This document shows positions 12,351 to 25,227 of a DNA stretch of 64,000 bases, one piece after another (position 1 is the stretch's first letter; each line of letters opens with the position of its first letter). The stretch covers positions 281,651 to 345,650 of the forward strand of contig MU062062.1 in NCBI GenBank assembly GCA_013265495.1. Direction: 5' to 3'. The notes under the pieces were generated by a model. The model was not told the origin of the DNA. It saw nothing but the letters and a program-made list of their open reading frames with translations, and did no database searches. The stretch is from Vicugna vicugna. Its lineage: Eukaryota. A program made the position numbers and the translations under genes.

Positions 12351-15300
12351 TTCGCACAGCAATTTCTACTTTTCTGAGATTTTCTAATTTTATTGACCTG
12401 ATGAAGTCTGCTAATAACAATCCAATAAGTTTCTGCATGCATTTATGTGATACAGTTTAACGAAGCCCACTGCTCTGTGCCTACAAAGCGATTTTTCAAA
12501 ACATTATAAAAAATGTAATGAATTACTAACATGTACAGAATTCCTTTATTTCAATGGCCTTTCTCACTACCAGTTCCTTCCACGCCTGTAAAAAAATAAT
12601 ATTACTCATTCTTCCAAGAAAAGGCAATAAAGCACTAGAATATTACACATAAAACCTATTTTATCTGACTGTTAGACGTATAACCTATTCAGGGCAGCAT
12701 TAACTCTAATCACTCAGAACTGTAAAATCAGCAACACAGGGAAATAAAATCTAGTTTCCTTAGATCACTAGCAAGAAACCCCTTCCCGTGCACTGTGACA
12801 GTCAAGAGAAGACAGTCCTCATTATTCCCGTAAAGTTTACTGCCTTGAACACTATCACGTCTGCCAACACTACCACGACCCCCGCTCTGTCTCCGTCTCC
12901 ACGTGCTTGTGTTAGGGCATGGCCTCATTCTTCTGGGCTGATGCAGTTCTCCCCACAGACGCCAGATTCCTCTGGTCACTTTAATAAGAGGAAGTGTACA
13001 CACACCCACACGTGAGTCACCATCTGACTCAGAGCTCCTCATGTTTGTTTCTGACAAATTACTATCAGTTACTATGTAGACAGCTTATGGTGGTGACGAG
13101 AATGAACCTGGAAAGGATATGGTTTTGAGGTTTATAAAGTAAACCCAGCTAATGTTGGCCCTGACTAATAAATCAACATCTAATGCTCTGCTATCAAATA
13201 CTAATTAATTCTCCCTTTCCTCCCTCATATTAATTTAGTGTCATTCCAAGCCTTTAGAGGAGAGTGCTTGCAGCTTTCATTGAGAATGCTCTTATGCCTT
13301 GCCAGAGATTTTTATTAATTGCAGTAAGTGCAGTGAATTTGGACAGCCAAATTTAGAAAAGAAAGATGAGTTTGGAAGACGGTTCTCCCCTTTGGCAAGT
13401 ATGATATTTCAGGATGTCAATAAATCTATTTGAACCCAATAGAACTGGAAGTAATTTTTTCACATCTTTTTTTAATACTCAGTCTGATAATCCAACTACA
13501 AGGATTCTTATATTCCAACGTTCATATTAGCATCAACTTCAAAATACAAAATAAAATAAATGCAACAAATTAGTTCAGTATTCCTAGCCATAATAATATA
13601 TTTCACTCTGTTGACAAAGACTATGTTTGTATGTGATTTATATTCACATGGGGGTAAAAATATCCAATAAACATTTTAAAACTCTCGTAGCCAGTTGACT
13701 CTCTTGTGTATAATTGCAAATATCTTTTTTGGATATTTTAATTTTTTCTGAGTTTATTGACTTGAAAACCACATGGTGGAGTCTTTCTTTTAACGATATA
13801 TTCTAGTGAGGAATTAAACAGAAAATCAAAATGCTGTATCATTTGAATGCTGGTAACTATTATGTGGACTTGAATACCTTGGTCATTCATCTTACTTTGC
13901 TTTGTGTAAAATGTGAAAACAATTACTCTCCTCCAACTTTCTTCCGTGTACGTTAACAGAAAAATTCGTTATGAAGCAGGAAAGACTCAACGAGTGCTAA
14001 CTGCCCCAGATACCCGTGTGGGTCTGCAGCGGTGGCGTCTCTTGGAGTCCATGGCCAAAGCCACATTAAGTCAAGATCAGGAGCTGGAGAGGGTGGGGGC
14101 CAGACAAACATGGATGACTTCCATGGGGAGGCACGACTTTCTCAATAACTTGGGTCAGAAACAGTGCAGCTCTGGAATGTTCTGTCTTTCCAAACAAACT
14201 AGCTTTTGTGCATGCAGATTGTTTACTGAGCTTTTTCAAACAGTTCAAGATTCTAGAAATACAAAACGGTTTTTGGACATCGTGACATGCTTGGAAAGAA
14301 CACCTCACTTTAGCCTCTGTCACGACCTGCAGCGAATGCAGGAGCTCCCAGGCCCTGCAGCTGAAGTGGCTAACGAATCAGAGGGTCCTGCAGTCGACCG
14401 TGACCTTGGGTGTTTGATGTGCAGCCTGCCTAAGGCTGGCTCAGCTATTCAGCTCAGACACAGGACCCACTGGTCCCTTACACTGCTAAGCTAGGATGGG
14501 GGAAAGGACTTGAAATAATGCCATATAAACTATGTGATAAAAACACTACAGTTGTTCGGGGAAACTATTATTTTAACACCACCAAGGTAGCATTTGGCAA
14601 AGCACCTTCAAAAATGTGTTAACAATATGAACAGGGGCAAAACCCATCCACTCAGCACACTGGGCTCAATGTGTGTTAGGCTCAAAGGACGACAAACAGC
14701 TGTAAAGTCTGTTGGTCAAGGGCTACCATGCCTTTTACATGACAAGTGGCCAGAGGCTACTGCAGGCATAAGCTGTGCTAGAAACTGTTCATTTAAGAAC
14801 TAGATGCTCAAATACATCAGTTCTGTTAGGGACACTGAGAAAGGCAGGGAAAAACATAAAGCACAGATCAATCTTTCCTTTAGGTTTTATTTAGATTGCT
14901 GGATGAAAGTATGTGAAACCGTTTCACCTCTTAGCTTCTGTTTTATCAGTGAAACAGAACTTAAAGAGTTCCCTAGACATTATACGGAACAATATAAACT
15001 GGGTAAGGAGTCATTATCTCTAAATACCCACAGAATTTTCTACCTACTCAGCAACATTTTTATGTTCCTCTGAAATTCCTACAACTATATAATTATATGT
15101 GAAACAATTCTCCTTGTTTCTTAAGGGAATTCTCTTCATATCCAAATTTATTAGGAGAGAGTTAATATTTCTAGGACCTTTGGCTTATATTAAAAAGAGA
15201 GACTCCTAGGGGAAATTTTAGCTCAAAAGGTCTCATTCTCATGACTTTAAGCTGCATTTAAGAAACGACATGGGAGATACACTGTTAAATTTCTAGCAGG

Positions 15301-15589
15301 TCTTTTTATAGCACTGAGCACCAAATGTCTTGTGATCGAGATGCTTGTATTCCTGCTGTGTCTTCTATGAACGTATAAGGGGTGTATCATTACTTTCCAT
15401 GTTATCTTTCTATCCCTCTGCAGCAGAATTTCAGAGAGTAGATTCCTTGATGTTAACAGGTTTTAAGAATAATGAAGTGTCTCTATCATTTAAGCAAAGA
15501 AAATCTGGGTTAAGAAAATTTAAACAGATTTTTAAATGTAATATCCTATAACTCTTCAAAAGTTGAATACGTTCTGATGTGAATCCTAC

Positions 15590-16170
15590 ATGTTCTTAAC
15601 TGCCTGGTAACGCATTGAGCTGCTGCCACAGTAAAGACACAGAACATTTCTTCACCCCACAAAGACCCTTTGTGCCTTACCCCAGACCCATGTAATTACT
15701 GCTTTGCGTTCTATACATACTAAAGTTTTGCCAGTTTTAGAATGTGACACTAATGGAATTATAACATATCTTCTTTTGTATCTGTCTTCCTTCACTCGTG
15801 AAAGTGTTTTTGATCTATATGTTATTAATAAAAACAAGACATTCAGTACACTATTCTCCTGGGTGAGAAGGCCACAGTTCGTTGATTTGCTCTTTTAGTG
15901 GGTATTTGTGTTGGCTTCAGTCTAGGCTGTTAAGTACAAAGCTCCCATGTACAAGTCTTTATTGACATGCTTTAATTTCTTTTTGGTAAATAGTGAGGAG
16001 TAGAATTGTTGAGTCATTTGTTAAGTACATGTTTAACTTCTGAGAATCTTCCAGGTCGTTTTCCATCCCCACCAGTGACCTACGAGATTTCCTGTTCCAC
16101 ATACTCATCAGCCCTGAGTGCTGTCTTGTTATTTGAGCAAATCTACTGTGTGAGTATTTTATTCCACAAA
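15590..16170 (-). mobile_element. L1M 3' end, antisense
   Basis: gacacagaacatttcttcaccccacaaagaccc, gttttagaatgtgacactaatggaattataaca and gagtagaattgttgagtcatttgttaagtacatgtttaac are classic antisense L1MB/ME motifs. Confidence 0.75.
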
Positions 16171-16369
16171 TTCTGTTTTTTTTTTTGATTCTAGAATTGA
16201 CATTTGAAATAAAAATGAAAACTTTATTATTTTTACTTCTTTTAATACTTATTCTCATTCACTGAACACATTTTGATTTATTAAAAATACATGTAATGGC
16301 TGCTATACATTTTTATCTATTATTTGAAATATCTGGTTCATCTCAAGATCAGACTCTCCTGATTTCCTT

Positions 16370-16800
16370 TTCTTCTGAGAATGTGATCCATTTTCCTGAT
16401 CCTTCATATGTCTGTTAACCTTGGCTTATACCCTAGGGATTATGAATACTAACTTAAGGAGATTCTGGATTCTGTAACATTTCGGTGATGAATATTCTTT
16501 CATGTGACTCAGCAGATACTTTTTTGGGCTGAATTTGAGCTGCAAACTCTATTCTTTAGGAGGTGGGTCAGGTCTTAGCCCAGATCATTTGTCCTTAGCT
16601 GAGATTTTTTTTTTTAGTTCATCCTATACATGTGGTTTCAAGGGGCAGTCAGAGACGTGGGTGGAAATATTTGGGGAATCCTGCCCATCTTTTCAACTTT
16701 CGGTGTTTCCCAACCTCATTTTCCAGGTGGCCTTGGCCAGGAAGGCTGGGTGTTTTCCATGCCTGCCACTCTGCAGGCCACGGTGAACGCGGCCCAAGGC
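16370..16800 (-). mobile_element. L1M 5' region, antisense
   Basis: ggagattctggattctgtaac, ctgaatttgagctgcaaactct and catgtggtttcaaggggcagtcagagac resemble recalled L1M 5'-end models. Confidence 0.5.
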
Positions 16801-17039
16801 CACGAGCACGAGAACCTTGGCAGCTCCCAGCGTCCAGTCCGCTCAGGAAGCATTCGTTGCTCACCTGTCTCAGCTGCTGTTCACTCTTCAGGTAGTTGCT
16901 TTCCGTCTCATGTCCAAGATTTTCAGTTGCATTTTGCAGAGCGTTATCTGGCAGGGACTTAGTTTGTTATGTTTAGAAGCAAGCATTCATCCATGTTGTA
17001 GCTTATATTTTCACACTCCTGGTTGCTTTAATACACAAG

Positions 17040-17400
17040 GTATCTTAATTTGAATGTAGACCAATGTATCTTTTTAAAAATAACTTTATAATAATTGTTT
17101 ACTGAGTTGTATCTACTTAATCCAGGCACTGGAGATTTCCTTCTATATTTCCTGTATTTTTGCAGGAAGATTCAATGTTTTAACCTTCTCCTTCAGAAAT
17201 ACAATTAACCAAAATTTATTTTTATGTGTTGTATAAGTTATTCATCAGAAATTTTTATCAAGGTACTACTGGTTTGTAACATTATAGAAGTTTCACCTAT
17301 GCAGCATTATATTTTTGCTTCTGTTTACACTACAGTGTGCGTGCTCACTGCCAAAAATTTAGTTTCTGTCAACCACACAGTTGTTGATCAGAAGTTTTCA
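17040..17400 (-). mobile_element. L1 3' fragments, antisense
   Basis: tggtttgtaacattatagaagtttcacctatgcagcattat and actacagtgtgcgtgctcactgccaaaaatttagtttc resemble L1MA-type 3' termini. Confidence 0.5.
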
Positions 17401-18723
17401 GCAGTGACGACACTTTGCTATTCGTTTGGGTTTTCACGTCTAACATAGTTAAGGAGCTCCAGCTCGAGGCAGCTAAGTAACCACACAGAAAAAAACCTCC
17501 AAGTAAACGCTAAAGGCCTGTAATTTTAGAATTTCGTTTGTTAGAACTAACTCAAATATCTTCACATTAGAAACAAAAATAAAAAAATCAGTTGTCACTA
17601 ATTAATCAGTTTGTAAGTCAAAGTGCCAGCTATGATGGACTGTTAAAAATGAATCAACAAAAATATTTTGATCAAATGAACTTTTCTCAGACAACTAAGT
17701 TAGGTTCCTCAAGTCAAGCATGTAATTAGAATTCTTTCCTCTCTCGTATATACACTTTACCCAGTAAGTATGCTTGAAATTGTTCCTGTCTTATGAATAA
17801 ACAGAAGAGTAATCTTTAGTCCCTTCCCTTTATGAATGAAGCGCTAACCATACAAAACTTTAGCAACCAGTCTGGAATCTTTCACTGACCGTACCTTCAA
17901 AAAAATGGTCAAGTCCACAAGCCTAAGATGTGTTTTTGCCATACTCTGTGGTCTGTACTGCCTCTCTAATTAAATTGTAAACAGAAAAAGGTGAAGGGAG
18001 AAGAGTGAAAATAAACAGCTGAGAAATAGAACTAATAAACAAGAAGTTAAAAACAGAGTAATAATGTTCCAAAAAAATAAAAACATGATTTCCCAAGTAA
18101 AACTTAAACTTTGTATTTATTAATATTTCTCTAAGAAGTTTAGCTTTGTAAAATACTGTTTTCTACAGCACTTAACATCTGCCTGATGCACACAGTGGTA
18201 TTCTTGGCATTACCTGCATTCAACTTTAAGCCTTCTTAAAAGTAGGTTTCCTGTCTTACTCATCCCTCTATCCCCCAAGTGCAATATTTTTCAAAATATG
18301 ATTAATGATGTTAATTGAATTGTAAAAAGATTGTCAAGATTAAAAACATTATATAATGACCCCTGGATATATATAGTACTTTTATCAAATAAACCATGTG
18401 TCCGTTGTATCTGCTGAACTTTATCTTAATGATTAATTTTGATTAAGGAAAAAAATCAAATCAGAGCACGTTTCCATACTGCAACTTCACTTTCAGTAGC
18501 TGCTGATAACCTGCACTTTGTCACTGCTCACTGAAGGGCATTACAAGTGGGATTAAAAAAAAATAAAGCCAATAAAACGTGGGTAAAAAGAATATGCAAG
18601 AAATTAATAAGATGCCATTTTCTAGAAACCTATTTTACACTGGACTTCATATGCATTGCCCCCTCTCCCCTGCCATTTCCTACATTTGTATTTCTTGTTC
18701 CAGTTTAACTTTACAGAAGACAA

Positions 18724-18920
18724 TGTAATGGTTAATTTGGGGGGTCAACCTGGCCGGGTCACGAGGTGCCCAGACATTTGCTCGAATAGGATTCTGGGTT
18801 TTTCTGGGTAGGTGACTCTGAACGAGACGAACATTTGAAACTGAGCAAAGCAAAGGCCCCTCCGGATGCGGGCGGGCCGCGTCCAGTCAGTCAAAGGCCT
18901 GAGCAGCACAGAAAGGCCGC
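18724..18920 (+). mobile_element. ERVL LTR (MLT2), 5' part
   Basis: Starts tgtaatggttaatttgggggtcaacctggccgggtcacgaggtgcccagacatttg and contains gtccagtcagtcaaaggcctgagcagcacagaaagg, colinear with the recalled MLT2 consensus. Confidence 0.8.
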
Positions 18921-19500
18921 CCCGTCCGGGAGGGAGGGAGGGAGGGAGGGAGGGAGCGAGGCCCGGCCCCTCGGCCGCCCGCCCTCGGGCCGAGGCCCCC
19001 GGGGCCCCTGTGCCGGCCGACCTCGATTAGGCCCGGCGCCGGCGCGTGCTGCCCGCCCTTCCGGCCTGTGTGTCCCCTCGGGGCGGCTCTGCCGCCTGTC
19101 CTGGCCCGTCCCCGAGTCCGCCCGGCAGGGGGCGGTGGTGGTGGAGGGGCCCCGGGGCGGGCTGCGGGCCGCCTCCTCGCCTTCGCTCGAGAGCACGCGG
19201 CCAGCCTCAGGCAGGCGGCACTCGGCTGTCCCCGCGGCTCCCTGGCCACGCGTGCGCCCCGCGATCGGCCAGGGTGCCCCCCGGATGGTCAGCTCTCGCC
19301 AAATGCAGCCCGTCCTCCAGTCCTAGGCCAGAACCTGCCCCACAGCATGGAACTCCCGCGACGGGGCAAAAGCGTCCCCCGGGGCTTTCTCCTGGCCCGG
19401 CGGGCGCCGGGGTGGCCAGACGCCACAGGAGGACGGCGTCGCCTGTTGCCTTGTGCCTCAGCCGCACGGCTTCCAGTCACGTTAGCGGCGCTGAGTGAAG
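18890..19500. promoter_or_regulatory. CpG island 2
   Basis: About 600 bp of very high GC and CpG directly continuing from the MLT2 LTR. Confidence 0.75.
18928..18955 (+). repeat. (GGGA)7 microsatellite, G-quadruplex motif
   Basis: Seven GGG runs separated by single A. Confidence 0.95.
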
Positions 19501-20214
19501 GTGGTCAGACGCGTGTATTATGCCTAGAACACTTGAAATACTATGATACTGCTTTGTCTTGGGAACCAGCAAGAATGCAGACGCAGAAGGAGCAACAGCT
19601 GAGTCAGGGGAGTTTGGGGATAAAGTCTTCATCGTTCTGCAGTTTCCCCAGTCTCCTACTTCAAGTGCACAGGGAAGGGAAGAGAAGGGTGGAGTCCAGC
19701 CAGGAGGGGAGGATTCCCAGGGCTGAGGACCTGTTGTGTGGACCAGTGTCTGTCCGGCAGGCTGCTGCTGGAGAAAGAGGTTTAACGGTCAGCTTCAGCA
19801 GGGGTTGTCTGGACACTCAGCAACATTTACAGCTTGAACTTCCCTTCTCCTCTACCCTCCGCAGCCTCTGGTATCTCTGCCTTAGACTGCTGAACCTGTG
19901 ATGAAAACATTTGCAATTGTTAGTCCTTGGGATGAAAGGCCAGGGAGCCACTGCAGCTGTCAGAGGCAGCAGGCCACCTCTGATGGGTGGGCGGAGGCAC
20001 TTGGAAAGACTGATCCCAAGGTCAGGGAAAGAGGAAGTTTCCTCTGAGCTCGTTTGTCTGTACTGTTAGACATGGTGGGCACTTGAGCTGCCTAACCTGA
20101 AAGAGGGAGGCTCTCTCCAGAAGATTTTCTGCTTTTATCTAAAATAGTGTTATTCTCAGATGTTCGATACACTGCTGGAAATATCATGCAAATCAACCAG
20201 TTGAATATCAAAAA

Positions 20215-22850
20215 AAAAAGAGGGACATTTATATAACAGTAGAGGGGTCAATTCTTCAGGAAGATACAACAATTCATAATGTATGTGCATTTGCTAACAG
20301 TGTCAAAATAAATGGAAAACTGATAGAACTCTAAGGAGAAATAGATAACTTCACTATTATATTAGGGGGTTTCAAGACACCTCTATCAGTAATTGATAAA
20401 GCAGGCACAAAATCAGAAAAGATACCATTGAACGGCATTAATCAACTGGATTTCAAGAACAGCAGATTACCTATCTTTTTTCAAGTACCCATGGAACATT
20501 CACAAAGATAGACCATATTCTATGGGAAAACAACCTTAACAAATAGGATAGAGATCATACAAAGGAGGCTCTTATAACAATGAGATTAAACTGGAAATTA
20601 ATATCAGACAGGTGACTGAAAACCTAGGATACTGGGGCTCAGACAACACTTCTAAATGACACATGGGTCAAAGAAGCCTGAAGAGAAATTAAAAGTATTT
20701 TAAAGCAAATAAGTAAAAATTCAGCGTTTTCAATATCAAATTGAAATTTGAATTTGAAAATAAAACATCAAAATTTGTGAGATGCAGCGAAAGCAATTCT
20801 TAGAAGACAGCATTGAATTCATGTATCAGAAAGAAGATAGATCTAAAATCCCTAATGTAATCTCACACTTTATGTGGCTAGAGAAAGGGAAGGAATACAA
20901 ATCTAAAGAGCACAGAAATAAGGAATTAAAAATTAGGGCAGAAATGAATGAAATTGAAAACAGGAAAGCAGGGAAGCATTATAGAAAATCAATGACATAA
21001 AAACCTGGTTATTTGAAAAGATCAATAAAATAGGAATCATCTAGCCGAGCTAAGCAAGAATAAAATGAGAGAAGATAAAGGTTACTAATACCAGAAATGA
21101 AAATAGGGCCATCACTAATGAGCCTATGGACATTAAAAGGATAATGAAGGAATGTTATGAACAGCTCTGAAATTGGATAACTTAAATGAAACATTAATTC
21201 CTTGAAAGACACAATCTAATAAATTTGCCACAAAGAGATGTAGATAATCTAAATAGGGCCACATCTATTAAAGAAATTGAATTAATAATAACTTTCCAAA
21301 ATGAAAGTATCAAATCTAGATGGTTTCACTGGGGACTTTCACTGAACATTTAAAGAAAAAAATGATACCATTTCTCAACAATCTCTTTCAGAAAGTAGAA
21401 GCAGAAGTAGTAATTCCTCCTCATTCTGTGAGGCCAGCATTTCCCTAACACCAAAGCAGATGAAGACATTACAGAAAAGGAAAACTACAGTATCTCTTAG
21501 AGACATAGAATCAAAATTCTCTACATAATACTAACAATATGAATTAAACAGCGTAAGAATTATAGACCACAGCCAATTGGGATTTATCTCAGGTGTGCAA
21601 GGATGGCTCAGATATGAAAATCAATTAATGTGATTCATCGTATCAACAGGCTAAAGAAAAATCATACCCTATCAGCTGATGCAGACAAGGCATGTGAGAG
21701 AATTCAACACTTAATTTATCATGAAAACTCTGAGAGCTGGGAATAAAAGAGAACTGCCTTGACTTGGTAAAGGGCATCTACAAAGGGCCTGTAGCTAATA
21801 TACATAATTGTGAGAAACTAGAGGCTTCCTGCCTAAGCTCAAGGACAAAGCAAAGATGTCGCCTCTCATCACTCCTTTTCAGCATCATATTGGAAGTCAG
21901 TTGATGCAATAAAAGGAGAAAAGAAAAGTACACCATTGGGATTGAAGAACTAAAGTTGTTCACAGGTGACATGATTGTCTGCTGAACTCTAGTGGGGAAT
22001 AGCGTGGTAATTTTAAATGTCACCAATCTGGTGATAACGTTAGAACGAAAAAGCATGATCCATTAAAGAAAAAACTGATGGTAGATTTCATTGAAATTTG
22101 GAACTCCTGCTCTGCAGTGGATACTGTTGAGTGAATAAAAAGACAAGCCACAGACTGGGAGAAAATACTTTTTAAAAACATCTAATAAAGGTTTTTTTTG
22201 GGGGGGGTGGTAAATAGGTTTATTTATTTAATAATTTTTAATAGAGATACCAGGGATTGAACCCAGGATCTTGTGCATGCTAAGCATACGCTCTACCACT
22301 TGAGCTATGCCCTCCCCTAAAAACATCTAATAAAGGAATTCTACTCAAAATAAATAAAGAAGTCTTAAAAGTCAACAATAAGAAAACAAACATCCCAGTT
22401 AAAAAATGGGAAAAGATCTGTAGGGACACCACATCAAGGAAGGTATGCAGATGGTAGGTACACATCTGAAAAAAATGCTCAGCATCATACATCTTCAGAG
22501 AACTGCAATCAAAACAACAGTGAGGTGGTACTAGATAACCATTAGAACAGTCAGAATCTGAAACACTGATACTGCCAAATTCTGGTGAGGACGTGGAGCA
22601 AAAAGAGCTCTCATTTGTCGAAACCCTGAGAACTGTAAAACAGAGCGTGAATCCCAGTGCCAGCTCTGGGCTTTAGTTAGGATAGTAAGACTGTTGGCTC
22701 ATCCGTTGTAATGAATGTACTGTATTAATGCAAGACATTAATAACAGAAAAAGGAAAACACAGAGGAAAAGGGGAGTACATGGGAACTCTCTGTACTAAC
22801 TCTTTAACTCTGTAAATCTGCAGTTACTCTAATGTCTGCAATTTTTTTTA
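20215..22850 (+). mobile_element. Degraded L1 ORF2 (endonuclease to RT, internally deleted) plus 3' UTR
   Basis: EN-like gggacatttatataacagtagaggggtcaattcttcaggaag; RT region with ttcacaggtgacatgattgtc (degenerate FADDMI) at about 21960; L1MC-like 3' end gggagtacatgggaactctctgtact; ORF fragment 20782-21000 is ORF2-like. Confidence 0.9.
22192..22317 (-). mobile_element. Camelid tRNA-derived SINE nested in L1
   Basis: Reverse complement of ggggagggcatagctcaagtggtagagcgtatgcttagcatgcacaagatcctgggttcaatccctgg; perfect 19-bp TSD taaaaacatctaataaagg at 22173-22191 and 22318-22336. Confidence 0.95.
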
Positions 22851-22879
22851 AAGTTTAATGTACAGTTATTTCTTTCATC

Positions 22880-24700
22880 AGTAAAGCATAGTTGATAGTC
22901 TCAGAAGATTGACGTGGTTATACTTTAACTTCTCTGCTTTTTGTGGGTTTAAGTTACTGTATTGTATTGACTTCTGTGCATAGCTGAGACTGGGACTACA
23001 TGGATATTGGAATAGGACGCAGACATTCCTACAAGAATGAGTATTCCTGTAGTGTAAGTGCAGTTGGTCAGGGTTATTTGGCGTAAATAATCATTTACTA
23101 ACTGATTTTGCTGTCTGTTTGCTTAACAAAAGATCTGTATTGAATTTCTAACTGATGGTAAACTTTTCAATTATTCCTAGTATTTCTATCGATATTTGCC
23201 TTAGATAATTTGAAGGCATGTTATTTAGTGCATGCAAGTATCGGATTGTTGTATTTTGCCGGTTGGTAAATTCAGGGTGTTTTTAATCATTAATTTGATA
23301 ACCCTCTTTAAATTTAATAACTCAAGTTTTGGCTTACAGTCCAACTTACATGGGAACAGGAGTTCAGTTGGCTTTCTTTAACTTAGTATTTACGTTGTAT
23401 GTTCATTCTTTCTCTCTCAGTCTTTTCTTTGTCCTCAAGTTTTTAAGTTTACCCCTTACAAATGACACATAGATCAGTTTGTTTACCCATCTATCCATTC
23501 TGACAGTCCTTGACTTTTAATCTGAGAGCTGAGTCCCCTGGCATATGTTGTGACCATAAATACATTCAGTTCATTGCTGTCATGTTCTTTGTATTTTGTA
23601 CGTGTCCTGTTCTCTCTTCTGTTGCCTTTCTTATTTTGCTTCTTTTCCACTAATTTTCTTTCTCACTTTATTTTTACATCTTTGAAGTTATGCATTCTGT
23701 CTACATTCTTTTAGTGTTTATTCTTGAGAGTTTATTATGTGCACAAAGTTCAAAATAAATATTGTACACACCTTCCAACTGGTATGAAGTGCTCGGCATC
23801 TTTAACTTTATTCACCACAATCTTGACTCATGGTATGATTACCTTGCATTTTAGTCCTGTGTGGGTTCTTTTTTAACCTGAAAATTTAGATTCTATTATG
23901 ATTGTCAGTAGTAAATTCGTGATACTTGGGTTTAAACACTTACTGCTTCACTGCCCACCATGTCATCCTACGTCTTATTTCATCTTGCATCTGACTTTTC
24001 ATGCATGTTTACATTCTTATGACTGACGTATATTCTGTTTTCAATTTTACTTTCAGAGAGTTTTGTTGAAAATAAGCTTTGAAGTCAATAGCTTTCACTG
24101 CTGTTGACGAGAGGGTACATTTAGCCCTCGTGCCCTCTTTTAAGTGTTCTTTGTTGTTTTGTCTTATTTTAGTCCCTCTTTGTCTGAGCATTGTTAGTAT
24201 TTTCTCTCTCTGTTTTTATGTGTTGTGGCTGGCTTTCCTTTTCTCTGTATGTTGTTTGGAATTCACTGACGTCCTGAACTTCAATGCTCACATTAGAGTT
24301 CCAGACATTTCCTAGCCTTGTCTCTTTGAATATCGTCTCTTCTCCAGTCTGTCCTTCAGAAACTCCAGTTCGAACTTGAGACTTCTTCCTCTGTTGTCAG
24401 TTTCTCTTAACTTGTCTGTCACATTTTCAACCTTTTGTTTCTTTTCTGCCATTTAAAAATTTGTCAGATATACATTGTATTTCCTTAATTATTTCTTCAA
24501 CTAGCTCTAAACTGCTGTTACACCCATTGACTTGTTTTTCATTCACTTTATTTTCCAGGCCTCGATTTCAGTTTGGTTATTTTTTTAAATGTGTGTCCTC
24601 TTGCCCTTAATCTTCTTTTAGTACCCTCTCTAGCTGGCTTTCTGATGTGCCTTGTGGTTTTCTGTCTGTCATCTTTGCTTTCTTACAAGTGTGTGTGTGA
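22880..24700 (-). mobile_element. Old L1M (5' UTR, ORF1 and start of ORF2), antisense
   Basis: tatttctatcgatatttgccttagataatttgaaggcatgttatttagtgcatgc is antisense EN region; T-rich ORF1-like segment at about 23900-24450. Confidence 0.65.
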
Positions 24701-25166
24701 GGATGTTCTGCAGAGGAGGTTGAGGTGCCATTCCTCCAAAAGGATTTGCATTTTCTTCTGTGTGTCCTGTAAACCTGGGACCACAATAAATTTCTTTAAA
24801 GGTGTTTTATTCTCCCAACAGGTGGGATAAATCCAGCCCTTAATCGCATGCGTCGATTGGCTTTTCTTAAGAATTCTAAGAGAAGATTGCATTTTTCCTG
24901 CAGCCTGGGCCAGGACCCTTTCCTGTTTCCATCTACGTGGCAAGTTTGACTCCAGTGCACCGTTCTGCTGGGTGTGGACTTCTGGGGTGCTCTTGGACTC
25001 TGTGCTTTGGCCATGCCCCTTCCTAATCTTCAGTTTTTAAATAAAAACTCATCTCACCAGGTTTTATCACATATCTAAGAGTGAAATCCAGATTCAATGT
25101 TTTGCTTTCTCTTGGATTCACATTCTTTTTCAGAATGCCTCGCTTTCTTGACAGCTGAGGAATGCA

Positions 25167-25227
25167 GTGTGTGTGTGCACGTGTGCATGCATGTGTGCAT
25201 GTGTGTGCACGTGTGTGTGTGTGTGTG
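25167..25227. repeat. Compound (GT/GC/AT) purine-pyrimidine alternating tract
   Basis: 61 nt of uninterrupted R/Y alternation: gtgtgtgtgtgcacgtgtgcatgcatgtgtgcat... Confidence 0.9.

Noticed and set aside
13913-14494. 193-aa ORF
   Set aside because: Starts at GTG, has no recognisable homology, and its best donor (14092) is out of phase with the next candidate exon.
19068-19901. Longest ORF in the track (277 aa)
   Set aside because: It starts in the GC-rich island where stops are rare in all frames, is Ala/Arg/Gly/Pro-biased and has no recognisable domain.
20782-21000. 72-aa ORF with Lys/Glu-rich content
   Set aside because: Fragment of degraded L1 ORF2, not a host gene.
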